NCBI GenBank assembly: GCA_036339735.1 | Contig: JAYZAL010000061.1 | Location: 1-31,200 of the forward strand | Reading direction: 5' to 3' | Length of the DNA: 31,200 bases | Origin: Candidatus Poribacteria bacterium | GTDB taxonomy: Bacteria > Poribacteria > WGA-4E > UBA9662 | Shown: positions 9,126 to 18,664 of the stretch, in pieces | How positions within the stretch are numbered: position 1 is the first letter of the stretch | Layout: the number at the start of each line of letters is the position of its first letter | Notes under the pieces: generated by a model | The model's database searches: none | Told to the model about the DNA's origin: nothing | Seen by the model: only the letters and a program-made list of their open reading frames with translations | Position numbers and translations under genes: made by a program

Positions 9126-10658
9126 ATGACAGATTACGATGATTATTTGATGAAATCCTATCACCTAAGAGACCAGTTGGTTGGTGATAAATTCAGACCT
9201 AAGTATCATTTTGTTCCACCGGAAGGTCGATGGAACGATATTAATGGGGCTATTTACTGGAATGGACGATACCACCTAGGTTACTTGCAGAAGATTTCTA
9301 ACGGCCCTAACCAACTTGATTTTTCAAGTTGGCAGCATATCTCAAGTCGGGACTTGTTACACTGGACTTATCATAAAGCTTATCTGAGTGAACCATTGGA
9401 AGGTTCAAAAGGAGATTATTTTAATAGTGGCGATGCTATGGAGGGTATGGAGACTCCAACTATCATCACTAATATGCCACGCAAAGGTATCTGCATCTAT
9501 CAGTGCCACGACGATAATCTAGAGCATTGGGAACCATTGGCTGAAAATCCTGTTATTTCCATCGAAGATGGACGGAATCACAGTTCTAAAGCACTTCGTC
9601 CTGAGGCTAAATTTCCAGATTGCGTGATTTTTGACCCCAGCGGTTGGAAAGAAGGTGATACCTATTACGCTTTAATAGGTAATAAAAATTATCAGGATGG
9701 TTATGAAGGTGATTCAACCAGTCTTTTCAAGTCAAAAGACCTAAGGTCTTGGAAATATATTGGTCCTTTTTATAAATCAGATCGAAAATGGACAGGAGAA
9801 GAAGAAGATTGTGCGTGTTCTGATTTTTTCCCTTTTGGCCAAAAACATATGCTCTTAATGCATACACATCAGCCTTATAGTAAGTGCCAGTATTATATTG
9901 GACAATATAAAAACGAAAAATTTTATCCCGAAACGAACGGTCAAATTAGTTATCAGGGAAGTATGTTGGCTGGACCAGAAACCTTGATTGATGGAAAAGG
10001 TAGAAGATTATTTTGGGGATGGATTCGTGATGCTCAGTCTACCGGAAGCTATGGTTGGAATAGTATTATGACGGTTCCTTGGCACTTTACGTCAACATCG
10101 GACAATAAACTAAAAATTCAACCGGTAGAGGAGTTAAAGGCTCTACGCTATAACCAACAAATATTCAATGATGTTGATTTATCCTCCAAAGACGAGATGG
10201 TTATTGATGGATTGTTTTCAGACTGTATGGAGCTAAATTTAACTATCGATTCACTAAAATCAGACCGATTTGGTCTAAAATTATTCTGCTCACCCGACGG
10301 TGAAGAACAGACTACTATAGTTTATGACCATACCCAAAAGGAATTTGTAGTTGATTTTGAGAGATCGAGTACGAACCAAGAACTGAGTTATCCTTGTGGC
10401 CAATTCGGAACGTCACTCAGTACTGGAAATTTCAAGCAAACGGTCCCTTACAATTTAGGAAGGAAGCAAGCCTTAAATCTCAATATTTTCGTCGATAGAT
10501 CGGTGATTGAAATTTTTGTCAATGGTGACATATGTATTGTGCAGAGAGTTTATCCTACTCGAGAAGATAGTCAAGAAGCGCGGTTGTTTACCAAAGACCG
10601 ACCAATTAGAATCACAAATATCACCAAATGGGATATGGAATCCACAAACCCTTGGTAA
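9126..10658 (+). CDS. glycoside hydrolase family 32-like protein with non-canonical catalytic motifs
   Basis: Motifs 'RPKYHF.P..G.WNDING', 'W.H..S.DL.HW', 'FDP', 'ACSDFFP' and 'GRRLFWGW', plus a C-terminal sandwich with 'IFVDRSVIEIFVN' and 'RVYP'. Confidence 0.88.
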   Translation: MTDYDDYLMKSYHLRDQLVGDKFRPKYHFVPPEGRWNDINGAIYWNGRYHLGYLQKISNGPNQLDFSSWQHISSRDLLHWTYHKAYLSEPLEGSKGDYFNSGDAMEGMETPTIITNMPRKGICIYQCHDDNLEHWEPLAENPVISIEDGRNHSSKALRPEAKFPDCVIFDPSGWKEGDTYYALIGNKNYQDGYEGDSTSLFKSKDLRSWKYIGPFYKSDRKWTGEEEDCACSDFFPFGQKHMLLMHTHQPYSKCQYYIGQYKNEKFYPETNGQISYQGSMLAGPETLIDGKGRRLFWGWIRDAQSTGSYGWNSIMTVPWHFTSTSDNKLKIQPVEELKALRYNQQIFNDVDLSSKDEMVIDGLFSDCMELNLTIDSLKSDRFGLKLFCSPDGEEQTTIVYDHTQKEFVVDFERSSTNQELSYPCGQFGTSLSTGNFKQTVPYNLGRKQALNLNIFVDRSVIEIFVNGDICIVQRVYPTREDSQEARLFTKDRPIRITNITKWDMESTNPW

Positions 10659-10757
10659 AAAACAAAGCTATCAATTTCAACGGTTGAAATGAGCTTATAC
10701 CTAAGACTTACCCACTAATCAGAGTGTTATTGTTTTTAGTTAGAAAGAGAAATCCAG

Positions 10758-11615
10758 ATGAAAACGAAAATTAACCTACTATTGGTTTTTATTTCTATGA
10801 CCAGTTGTAGTCAAGAGATGATGCTAAGCAACCACGTATCCTTAGATTGTATTCTAAGTCAGCCCTTAGGTGAAGTTCCGGAAAATCTGTACCTATTTGA
10901 GACCATACAACCGTCATCTGATTACCCGCCTTTTACCAAGAAGCTGACTGTTTGTGGTATTACTCTGGTTGCACAAGATGAAATCAGCGATTCTTTCATG
11001 AAAGATGTAGCTCAAACCGTTGCTGACATGTTTACTGTCGATAACCGGATAGATGTAGCCATGCAGGAAAAACTACTGACTAATTTATATCTCTATCGAG
11101 CGGTGATCCCAATTTTTGCCGGCGAAGATTGGAGTCTTAGCCAAAAGGAGGAACAGTTAATTGGTCAAACGAGGGCACAAAATAGCGTTTGCGATATCAT
11201 TATGGAGGGCGTAGACGGACAAGTAGTCGAAGTAGTTGAGCATATTCTCCACCATATTAGCAACGTTGGATTTCACCACACTCTACCGACAGAATGGGGC
11301 CTTTCTGACTCCTCTCGGTTGTACGAAATTGCCCAGCAAGCCATTGCGAGTGGCTATTTTGACATAAATGATTACTCAGAAATTAAGGCAGTTGGGGAAA
11401 GAAATAGGGTTATATTACAAGAATACGCTTATTGGATTATATACACGACATGGAACCTCAGAAAGACCTACGGGCCAAGAGAAAGTGAGTGGTCAATACA
11501 GACGGCTGAGGAATTAGAATCCAAACTGCCAAAATCTAGCCAGTTCGTGAAAGCAACAATAGAGAAAATTATCAGATGCCCACGTGAAAGAACCTTACGC
11601 TCTTTCATTCAATAA
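10758..11615 (+). CDS. hypothetical lipoprotein, possibly zincin-like fold
   Basis: Basic N-terminus, hydrophobic stretch and lipobox-like 'MTSC'. Motifs 'EHILHH' and 'QEYAYW'. Confidence 0.55.
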   Translation: MKTKINLLLVFISMTSCSQEMMLSNHVSLDCILSQPLGEVPENLYLFETIQPSSDYPPFTKKLTVCGITLVAQDEISDSFMKDVAQTVADMFTVDNRIDVAMQEKLLTNLYLYRAVIPIFAGEDWSLSQKEEQLIGQTRAQNSVCDIIMEGVDGQVVEVVEHILHHISNVGFHHTLPTEWGLSDSSRLYEIAQQAIASGYFDINDYSEIKAVGERNRVILQEYAYWIIYTTWNLRKTYGPRESEWSIQTAEELESKLPKSSQFVKATIEKIIRCPRERTLRSFIQ

Positions 11616-11863
11616 TCAATTGGATATAAGAATTCATCAGTAGGAATCAAATTAGTAACAATGTTACCGAAATGGAATTTAATAATTATAAACTCTAAGT
11701 TCCGATAGGCTGCTAAAAAAGCAGATGTTTAGCGATTCAAAAGTCTGGACTGCTATTTCGATTACACTAACGCTTATCTTTTATTCAACATGTCTTCTAC
11801 AGAAAGCCCAGAGTAGATACAGAGTAGATAGTTTGGAAAGGTTGAATGCCTACCTAAAATCTA

Positions 11864-13072
11864 ATGGACAAAAAAGAAAGACAAAAAATATTTCGATCAT
11901 ATAAACCCAAACAACTGTTTCCTGCTGAGCCCAATTTGGGGGGGTGGTACACCGAAGCAGAAATTGAGGCAGTCACCGAAACGATTCGTAAATCAATGAA
12001 CTGGCGAGTTGGATTTGGTTTTATTGTTGATGAAATTGTTGAATTTGAAGAATCCTTTGCTAAATATTGTGGAACTGATTTTGCCATTTCTTTGAGCACC
12101 GCTAGTGTAGGTCTAGACCTATCCATGCTTTGCTTAGACTTGCAGGCAGAAGATGAAGTTATTTGCCCAGCTATTAACTTTAAGGCTTCTCCCCTAGCTG
12201 TACTGGGTCAAAAAGCCAAGCTTGTATTTTGCGATATTGACCCTCGGACTTTCAATTGCGATCCTGCGGATGTAGAAAAACGAATTACACCAAGAACAAG
12301 GGCAATTTTCCCAGTTCACATGAACGGGCTTTCGGCACCAATGGACGATTTACTGGACATTGCAAATAAGTATCCTCATCCGGTACATGGTCCACCGAGA
12401 GTGATTGGAGACGCAGCTCGCGCCTGTGGTGGTGGATATAAAAGCACCAAAATCGGCAAGAAAGGTTGGATGAATGTATTTAGTTTTCATACCATGAAAT
12501 TGATGACGACTCTAGGCGAAGGTGGCATGATTACTACCGATGATGAGCAGTTAGCCCAAAAATTACGAGGGTTTCGCCAATGGGGTAATGAGTCAAGTGG
12601 ATGGGGTTCTAGCTACAAAATGACCAAAGTACAAGCTGCTGTTGGTAGTATCCAGTTACAGCGATTGGAAGATATGATCTCTCAAAGAGTCGAACGAGCT
12701 AATCAACGGTTGAAACTTTTGGAAGGAATACCTGAACTCTTATTGCCTTATCAGCCTGCTGAAAATGATCATACCTTTTACCTGTTTACATTACTTGTTC
12801 CACCGGAATGGGCTGGAGACAAGCGCGATAAACTATGCCAGATACTAAAAGAAGATTATCTAGTCGGCACGCTGGTGGGAAATCCACCGGTTTGGGAATC
12901 TCAGCCTTACATTTATTCTCAAACTTACCAACAAATCGAAACATTACCAGTTTCTGTCGAAATAGCCAGAAGACTATTTTGTGTTTCGCTGCACCCATTG
13001 ATGACTGAAGAAGAAAACACTTACATTGCAGCTGCTATCTGGGCAGCAGTGGAACGGATTAGAAACTTGTAA
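11864..13072 (+). CDS. DegT/DnrJ/EryC1/StrS family PLP-dependent aminotransferase
   Basis: Motifs 'EFEESFAKYCG', 'DEVICP', 'AIFPVHMNG', 'DAA' and 'FSFHTMKLMTTLGEGG' (PLP lysine). Confidence 0.93.
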   Translation: MDKKERQKIFRSYKPKQLFPAEPNLGGWYTEAEIEAVTETIRKSMNWRVGFGFIVDEIVEFEESFAKYCGTDFAISLSTASVGLDLSMLCLDLQAEDEVICPAINFKASPLAVLGQKAKLVFCDIDPRTFNCDPADVEKRITPRTRAIFPVHMNGLSAPMDDLLDIANKYPHPVHGPPRVIGDAARACGGGYKSTKIGKKGWMNVFSFHTMKLMTTLGEGGMITTDDEQLAQKLRGFRQWGNESSGWGSSYKMTKVQAAVGSIQLQRLEDMISQRVERANQRLKLLEGIPELLLPYQPAENDHTFYLFTLLVPPEWAGDKRDKLCQILKEDYLVGTLVGNPPVWESQPYIYSQTYQQIETLPVSVEIARRLFCVSLHPLMTEEENTYIAAAIWAAVERIRNL

Positions 13073-13261
13073 AATGGATTCGTTATGGTACTGACTTTAA
13101 TTGACACACTTCTGAAAACCAGAATTGGGTTAGACGTACTAGGAATATGATGGAATTGAATCTGGTTTTAGTATATTGACAGACAGATTCTGATCTGGGG
13201 GCGTTTGGTATATCCAGTTTATCTTTGATGATATTTTGATGGAAATAGGAAGGACGATACA

Positions 13262-14326
13262 ATGGATGAAGTCAAAATTGCTATTGTCGGCATGGGAATC
13301 GGTAAGCCGAATGCTATAGCATTGAATGCTAATCAGCGGGGTAGGGTCGTCGCTCTGTGCGATCTAGACGAAAACCGAATGGCTGAGCTAGCTAAAAATT
13401 TAAAAAGCCCGGTCAAAACTTACACCGATTACAAATCTGTCTGCCAGGCAACTGATGTAGATGCCATTTTCGTAGGTACACCTAATCAGTGGCATGTGCC
13501 GGTTGGTCTAGAGGCTGTCCGTAATGGAAAACACATATTGGTTACCAAACCCTTAGCTGATTCAGAAGTAGCTGCTCGCCGGTTGGTAGATGAGGCTGAA
13601 GAGATCGGCGTTGTTAATATGATGTCTTTAGGACATCGGTTTGGTGATTCTTGTCAGCATTTGGGGCAACTGGTCAAGGATGGATATTTCGGAGACTTAT
13701 ACTATGCCAAAGCGCGTAGTTTTCGCCGAAATGGAATTCCAATTTGGCGAGGGAAGGACCAGCTTCGTTTGAATTTTATTCAGGCTGGCGGTGGAGCTTT
13801 CCGTGATATGGGTGTTCATGTTCTAGATGCGTCGTGGTGGTTGTTAGGAACACCCAAACCAATTTATGCACTAGGTGCGGCAGGTGCAAAATTTGGGCCT
13901 CGTGGCTTGGGATATAATGGATCAACACCAAATCCTGAGATAGTTGAGCAGTTTAATACAGACGATTATGGAACTGGTTTTATCGTTTTCGAAGGAGGTG
14001 TCAGTATCCAAATCGAAAGTTTCTGGGCCGCACATCGCCCAAACGAAGTACAAATTGAGATATTTGGCACCGAGGCTGGAGCCAAGACTAATCCTTTAAC
14101 TATTTATCGAAACAGTGGAGGTCAACCGGAAGATTTGACACCGGAGGTAGAGAAGCAAACTCTCTCTTTTGAGCGAGTGGCTGAGCATTTCATCAGTTGT
14201 ATCCTGGATGGAAAAACCTGTCAGGCTCCGCTCCAACAAGGGTTGGAAGTCCAACGCATGATGGAAGCTATATTAAACAGTGCAGAAACTAGACAACCGA
14301 TAGATTTATCAAACCAAGATGTTTAA
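13262..14326 (+). CDS. Gfo/Idh/MocA family oxidoreductase
   Basis: Motifs 'IAIVGMGIG', 'TPNQWH', 'GKHILVTKP' (TKP in place of the usual EKP) and 'GGGAFRDMGVH'. Confidence 0.92.
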   Translation: MDEVKIAIVGMGIGKPNAIALNANQRGRVVALCDLDENRMAELAKNLKSPVKTYTDYKSVCQATDVDAIFVGTPNQWHVPVGLEAVRNGKHILVTKPLADSEVAARRLVDEAEEIGVVNMMSLGHRFGDSCQHLGQLVKDGYFGDLYYAKARSFRRNGIPIWRGKDQLRLNFIQAGGGAFRDMGVHVLDASWWLLGTPKPIYALGAAGAKFGPRGLGYNGSTPNPEIVEQFNTDDYGTGFIVFEGGVSIQIESFWAAHRPNEVQIEIFGTEAGAKTNPLTIYRNSGGQPEDLTPEVEKQTLSFERVAEHFISCILDGKTCQAPLQQGLEVQRMMEAILNSAETRQPIDLSNQDV

Positions 14327-14817
14327 TGAAAGATACTAAACGTAAAATGGGCAAAAATTGGTACCAAGAAGGAATCCGGGTCGTTACGAGCGACCAATTA
14401 GATCTTGATACTGCACAAACTCCTGGGATGACTCGAGCTGCCGCTATCAATCGGGCCAGTGTAGGAGCGGAAAAATTATGGGCAGGCACCGTTGAAATCC
14501 AACCTAACGCTAAGACGGGAGCTCATCATCATGGCCCTCTCGAGAGTGTGATCTACGTAATCAAAGGTAAAGCGCGCATGCGTTGGGGCAACCAACTGGA
14601 GTTTACGACAGAAGCTGGACCTGGGGATTTTATTTATGTGCCTCCTTACGTACCACATCAAGAAATCAATGCCAGTAAAGATGAGCCACTGGAATGTGTG
14701 TTAGTACGCAGCGATCAAGAAGCAGTCGTCGTCAATTTAGATATCCCAGAAGTCGAAGAACCAGAACAAGTTTTTTGGCAGGATCCAATTCACTCTGCAC
14801 CAGGAATTGACGATTGA
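14326..14817 (+). CDS. cupin domain protein
   Basis: Cupin motifs 'GAHHHGPLESVIYV' and 'GPGDFIYVPPYVPHQEIN'. Start overlaps the upstream stop (TAATG). Confidence 0.9.
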   Translation: MKDTKRKMGKNWYQEGIRVVTSDQLDLDTAQTPGMTRAAAINRASVGAEKLWAGTVEIQPNAKTGAHHHGPLESVIYVIKGKARMRWGNQLEFTTEAGPGDFIYVPPYVPHQEINASKDEPLECVLVRSDQEAVVVNLDIPEVEEPEQVFWQDPIHSAPGIDD

Positions 14818-14860
14818 TCTATTGGAAGATTGGTGCCATTTGAGAAGTGGATAGGGGGAT

Positions 14861-15709
14861 TCAATTGCTAGGCCATAAACGAGGAAAATATGGTCCATCA
14901 AACAGATCTCCATCCTTGACACTAGGTCCCATCAAATCGGCATTCGGGTGATAGCGCCCTTGAGAGTTAAAGCCGCAATCTTTTGGCATCATATGAACTA
15001 CAAAGGATAGTCTTGGTTGGTTAGAAAGATTTGGACCAGAACCATGGTAGGTTAGTGAATGATGAAAACTTGCTTGTCCTGCCTTAAGGATACACGGTTC
15101 AGTTTTCCAATCCATGTTGGGCGGACAATATTTTTTTTGCAGGCTTTCCAAGTCTTTCTCACCAAAAGTATTGGCATCGTGACGGAATCCCCACTGATGT
15201 GAACCTTCTACTACCTGCATGCCACCATTGGATTCATCGGTATCCTGTAGTGCGATCCAAGCAGTGCAAAAATTCATGGTATTAGCACACTGCCAGTGAG
15301 GATAGTCTTGGTGCCAACCGATATTATTGTCTAAATCAGGGTTTTTAATACCGTTTAAACCTGGCTTCCAAATCATCTGATCATGCCAAAGTCGGACTTC
15401 CTTTGTGTTCATCAGCAAAGATCCGATATAGCCAATGACCGGAGTTTGAACCATTTTACGCATAACTTTGTTGACCCACCAGCCATTGACTACTTGACGT
15501 ACAGCCGGATCATCTACTGTGAACTTGGGCTGTCTTAACCAAAAAAAACAGTCGTAGTCCCTCTGACCAGAACAAATTCGTTCAAGTTCATATCGCATCG
15601 CTTCAACTTCTTGGTCATTAAAAAGAACAGGGCTAATCCAATAACCCTTCTGTTGATAGGTAAAGAAGTCATTGTCGTCTAACTGAATATCGGCAGGCTG
15701 GAGTGGCAT
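14861..15709 (-). CDS. PhyH family Fe(II)/2OG dioxygenase
   Basis: Motifs 'WHQD', 'TAWIALQD..ESNGGM.VVEGSH' and 'TYHGSGPNLSNQPRLS'. Confidence 0.92.
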   Translation of the reverse strand: MPLQPADIQLDDNDFFTYQQKGYWISPVLFNDQEVEAMRYELERICSGQRDYDCFFWLRQPKFTVDDPAVRQVVNGWWVNKVMRKMVQTPVIGYIGSLLMNTKEVRLWHDQMIWKPGLNGIKNPDLDNNIGWHQDYPHWQCANTMNFCTAWIALQDTDESNGGMQVVEGSHQWGFRHDANTFGEKDLESLQKKYCPPNMDWKTEPCILKAGQASFHHSLTYHGSGPNLSNQPRLSFVVHMMPKDCGFNSQGRYHPNADLMGPSVKDGDLFDGPYFPRLWPSN

Positions 15710-15895
15710 ATTAAACTATTATTCATTTTTGTTTTTTGCAAGAGCCATTAACTATGATTCTTAGAGTTAGGTCTGATGTACAGTCGCTACAGAATCAACT
15801 AATCTTCTACTGTACATTATTATCCAGATTTTTGGAACCTGATTTAGCTAACTTTTTATTGTTAGGCAGGATCGAATTCGGTCTTAAAATACTGG

Positions 15896-17170
15896 CTAAT
15901 TCAAATCTACCGGTTGAAGCCAAGCTGATTCAAAATCATTGTTGGAATACGGATTTTCTTGTAGCTTAGATGAGATTACCTTAGCTCTTACATAAATTTC
16001 ATTTCCCTGAAACTGATAATTTACCTTGGTACCTGATTGGGTACTAAGAATTTTTCCGATTGATTGATGATTAATAATATCTTTCATATCCAGATTCCTA
16101 AACTGGTCTAGGTCTTTAATATCCTCTTTGACAACGCCAATGAATTGGGCGCGGTAGGTTACTCCGTTTTCAGGCTGAATCGTAATATTATAAGAGTTTT
16201 GATCAGATTGGATAGATTCTATATAAACGCCAGTTGAAGCGTAAAAATCTCCTTTTTCCATAGCATAAATAATCGACTCAGCTGTTAAATGAGCCGATTT
16301 AACCATAACCCATCCACGACCGGGATTACTTTTGCTAGTTTGGTAGTCGTGGTAATTGTGTGCGTCATCGGTAGCCAAACCGTATATAAGGCTTTTTTCT
16401 GGTTTAGTTAAGCGATAGGTTAAAATATAATCCCACATTTTTTCGGTACTCATATGGTCTTGATCACCATAGTTCCTGACAGCAGGATGGCCGTTGTAGA
16501 CTTCGAAAAATTTTTCTTTTTCAACTTCAGCTATATCTTTAGCGGTAATGGCCCAACCAAAGTTGGGGTGGTTAAGATGAACTAGGATCGGACGACCTGT
16601 TTCCTCTCTTTGTTGGTAAACGGCGTCTACGTTTTTTCTTATAACCTCTTGAACTGACTGTCCTGTTTGGGGTGGAATTATCGTTTTTAGGTTGGTAGCG
16701 TTGAGATGAACTGGTAGATTAACGTAACGCGCCGTAATCTCCTCACCTTGCATCAACAAGAATTGTGAGGGGGATTCGAATAAGGATCGAAACTCATCGA
16801 GTGGCTTCAAGCGGACACTCAAGCCGGATTCGGTATCCTCCGTCGATTCCACCCACGGGTGCCCAAATTTGGACAAATATTTTTGATAGGCTTCTTTTAC
16901 TGTTTTGCTGGCTGAGGACAACATGATCCATTTATTTCCTTCGGATAGGATGTTATGATCTGATAGCGCCAGAAAATTGTATCCGTGCTCAACATACCAG
17001 CTGACAATCATTTCGGGGAAATCATCGCCATCACTCCACAAAGAATGTGTGTGGAGGTTACCCTTCCACCATTTAGCCTTACTGCTATCTTCAGCTGATA
17101 TTAAAAAATGTAGATTCAGAAAGACCAAGGCCAAAAGAGTTGTTTTCAAAGATGTTTGCCACAAATACAA
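15896..17170 (-). CDS. secreted PHP-domain metallohydrolase (histidinol-phosphatase-like / CehA-McbA-like)
   Basis: Signal-peptide-like N-terminus. Motifs 'KGNLHTHSLWSDG', 'LSDHN', 'NHPNF', 'EVYN' and 'DDAH'. AGGAGA RBS before the TTG start. Confidence 0.85.
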   Translation of the reverse strand: MYLWQTSLKTTLLALVFLNLHFLISAEDSSKAKWWKGNLHTHSLWSDGDDFPEMIVSWYVEHGYNFLALSDHNILSEGNKWIMLSSASKTVKEAYQKYLSKFGHPWVESTEDTESGLSVRLKPLDEFRSLFESPSQFLLMQGEEITARYVNLPVHLNATNLKTIIPPQTGQSVQEVIRKNVDAVYQQREETGRPILVHLNHPNFGWAITAKDIAEVEKEKFFEVYNGHPAVRNYGDQDHMSTEKMWDYILTYRLTKPEKSLIYGLATDDAHNYHDYQTSKSNPGRGWVMVKSAHLTAESIIYAMEKGDFYASTGVYIESIQSDQNSYNITIQPENGVTYRAQFIGVVKEDIKDLDQFRNLDMKDIINHQSIGKILSTQSGTKVNYQFQGNEIYVRAKVISSKLQENPYSNNDFESAWLQPVDLN

Positions 17171-17296
17171 AATATATTTCTCCTGCTTCTTGAAATTAGG
17201 GTTGAGTTAATACATAAAAATTGTTGATTATAAAATTAGTATAGGTACAGGAACCTGTATTTAGCAGTCAGATAAACAAAAAGACTAGACAATTGA

Positions 17297-18103
17297 TTAA
17301 CTTTGGGCAGAAATATGACGTTGCCAAAGGTTGATAGATTTTTGGCAGAAAAATCTATTGGTCAGCATGAGTCTGGGTTGATTAGACGTATTTGAGCTAA
17401 CTGCATGAAACAACCTAAGATCTATTAAATAAATATCACCAGGATCTCCGGTCAATTCAATAATAGACAAATCAATATCCCCTGATCTACCCTTGTCCAA
17501 TAATAGATTTTCTCGATTTTTGGTTTTGGGTGAAAATAGCTTAGCGAAAAAATGTTCCTGTTTATTGAGTCTTCGTTTTACCTCCTTCGAGGACATGAAA
17601 TCTTGACAATCGAGCATTCGATGTGAACCTGCAATGACTAAAGTACCTCCTCCTTTTGGCTCGACCTGATCAAGAAAAGTAAAAATTTGTAGACCGATGG
17701 GTTGGTTATGGGGCAACCGAGGGAAATCTAGGTGCCACATCGAATACGGTACTACCCATTGGCCATTAGTGGGCAAAGTAATCAAGAACTGCCAAGGACT
17801 TTTTTCATTTTCAGATGAATTTAGATCCATTTGATTTTTAGTCAGAGTAGATACTAAATCTATCAAGTTTTCATGATCAAGCAATTGTAGCTCATCCGTC
17901 TCTTTTAACTCCTTTCTGATGAGTTTTACTTCTGAATCGGGCAAATCTATCAGATCATTTTTTTTGTATTGCCAGTATCCATTTTTTCTGGCACCTCGGT
18001 TCTCAAATGAAGCATAAACACGCTGTCGAATTGGATCAATGGAACTAGAAGGAAAAAACCCCTCTAAGCTAATGATACCTGACTGTTCGAATTCTTTTTG
18101 CAT
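17297..18103 (-). CDS. PhyH family Fe(II)/2OG dioxygenase
   Basis: Motifs 'WHLD', 'GGGTLVIAGSH' and 'G.PGD..L....LFHAVSSN....PRLM'. The start may be the in-frame CTG at 18139, behind an AGGGAG RBS. Confidence 0.85.
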   Translation of the reverse strand: MQKEFEQSGIISLEGFFPSSSIDPIRQRVYASFENRGARKNGYWQYKKNDLIDLPDSEVKLIRKELKETDELQLLDHENLIDLVSTLTKNQMDLNSSENEKSPWQFLITLPTNGQWVVPYSMWHLDFPRLPHNQPIGLQIFTFLDQVEPKGGGTLVIAGSHRMLDCQDFMSSKEVKRRLNKQEHFFAKLFSPKTKNRENLLLDKGRSGDIDLSIIELTGDPGDIYLIDLRLFHAVSSNTSNQPRLMLTNRFFCQKSINLWQRHISAQS

Positions 18104-18664
18104 GGCTGCGAGTTGATCAGGATTTCGCCAAATGTTCAGCTGAATAGTCTCCCTTTTACTGTTAAATATTCAGATGGTTGAGGATTAAAATTCTTTTTTG
18201 CTTTACTGGTTTATTATCAATCGATACTAATTAATAACATGAAAGTGTTAAATTCCAAAATCAGCTTTGTGACATTTTTCATCAAAGTTTAGGACTGGAT
18301 TCAATCAGGCTGATATTTTACAATGAGTAATCTTTTGATTAAAGACTGAGATACACCACCCAATGAAATTATTGTCCAATAGTATTACAATCAGACAGTA
18401 GTCTGATTGAATATTTTTCAGGTTTGTTAGTGTCTCAGAATTTGAACAACAAGATTCTGAGGCAATCAATTCTCGATAACCAGATTAGCAAGTAGATGTC
18501 AAGCACTACCAGTAGACAGTAAAACCGGATGGATGCCATCTGCTGGCTTGATTTAAAATCGGATATGTCTACGGACAATTGAGGATAGGCCGGCGAAACT
18601 ATGATGGCTGGTAATAATTTACTATCATGTTGAATCAATAATTCATAATTACTAACGAAGGAAA

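Noticed and set aside
11809-11830. 11-bp tandem duplication CAGAGTAGATA x2
   Set aside because: Only two copies with no element between them; likely a slippage event or excision scar with no supportable function.
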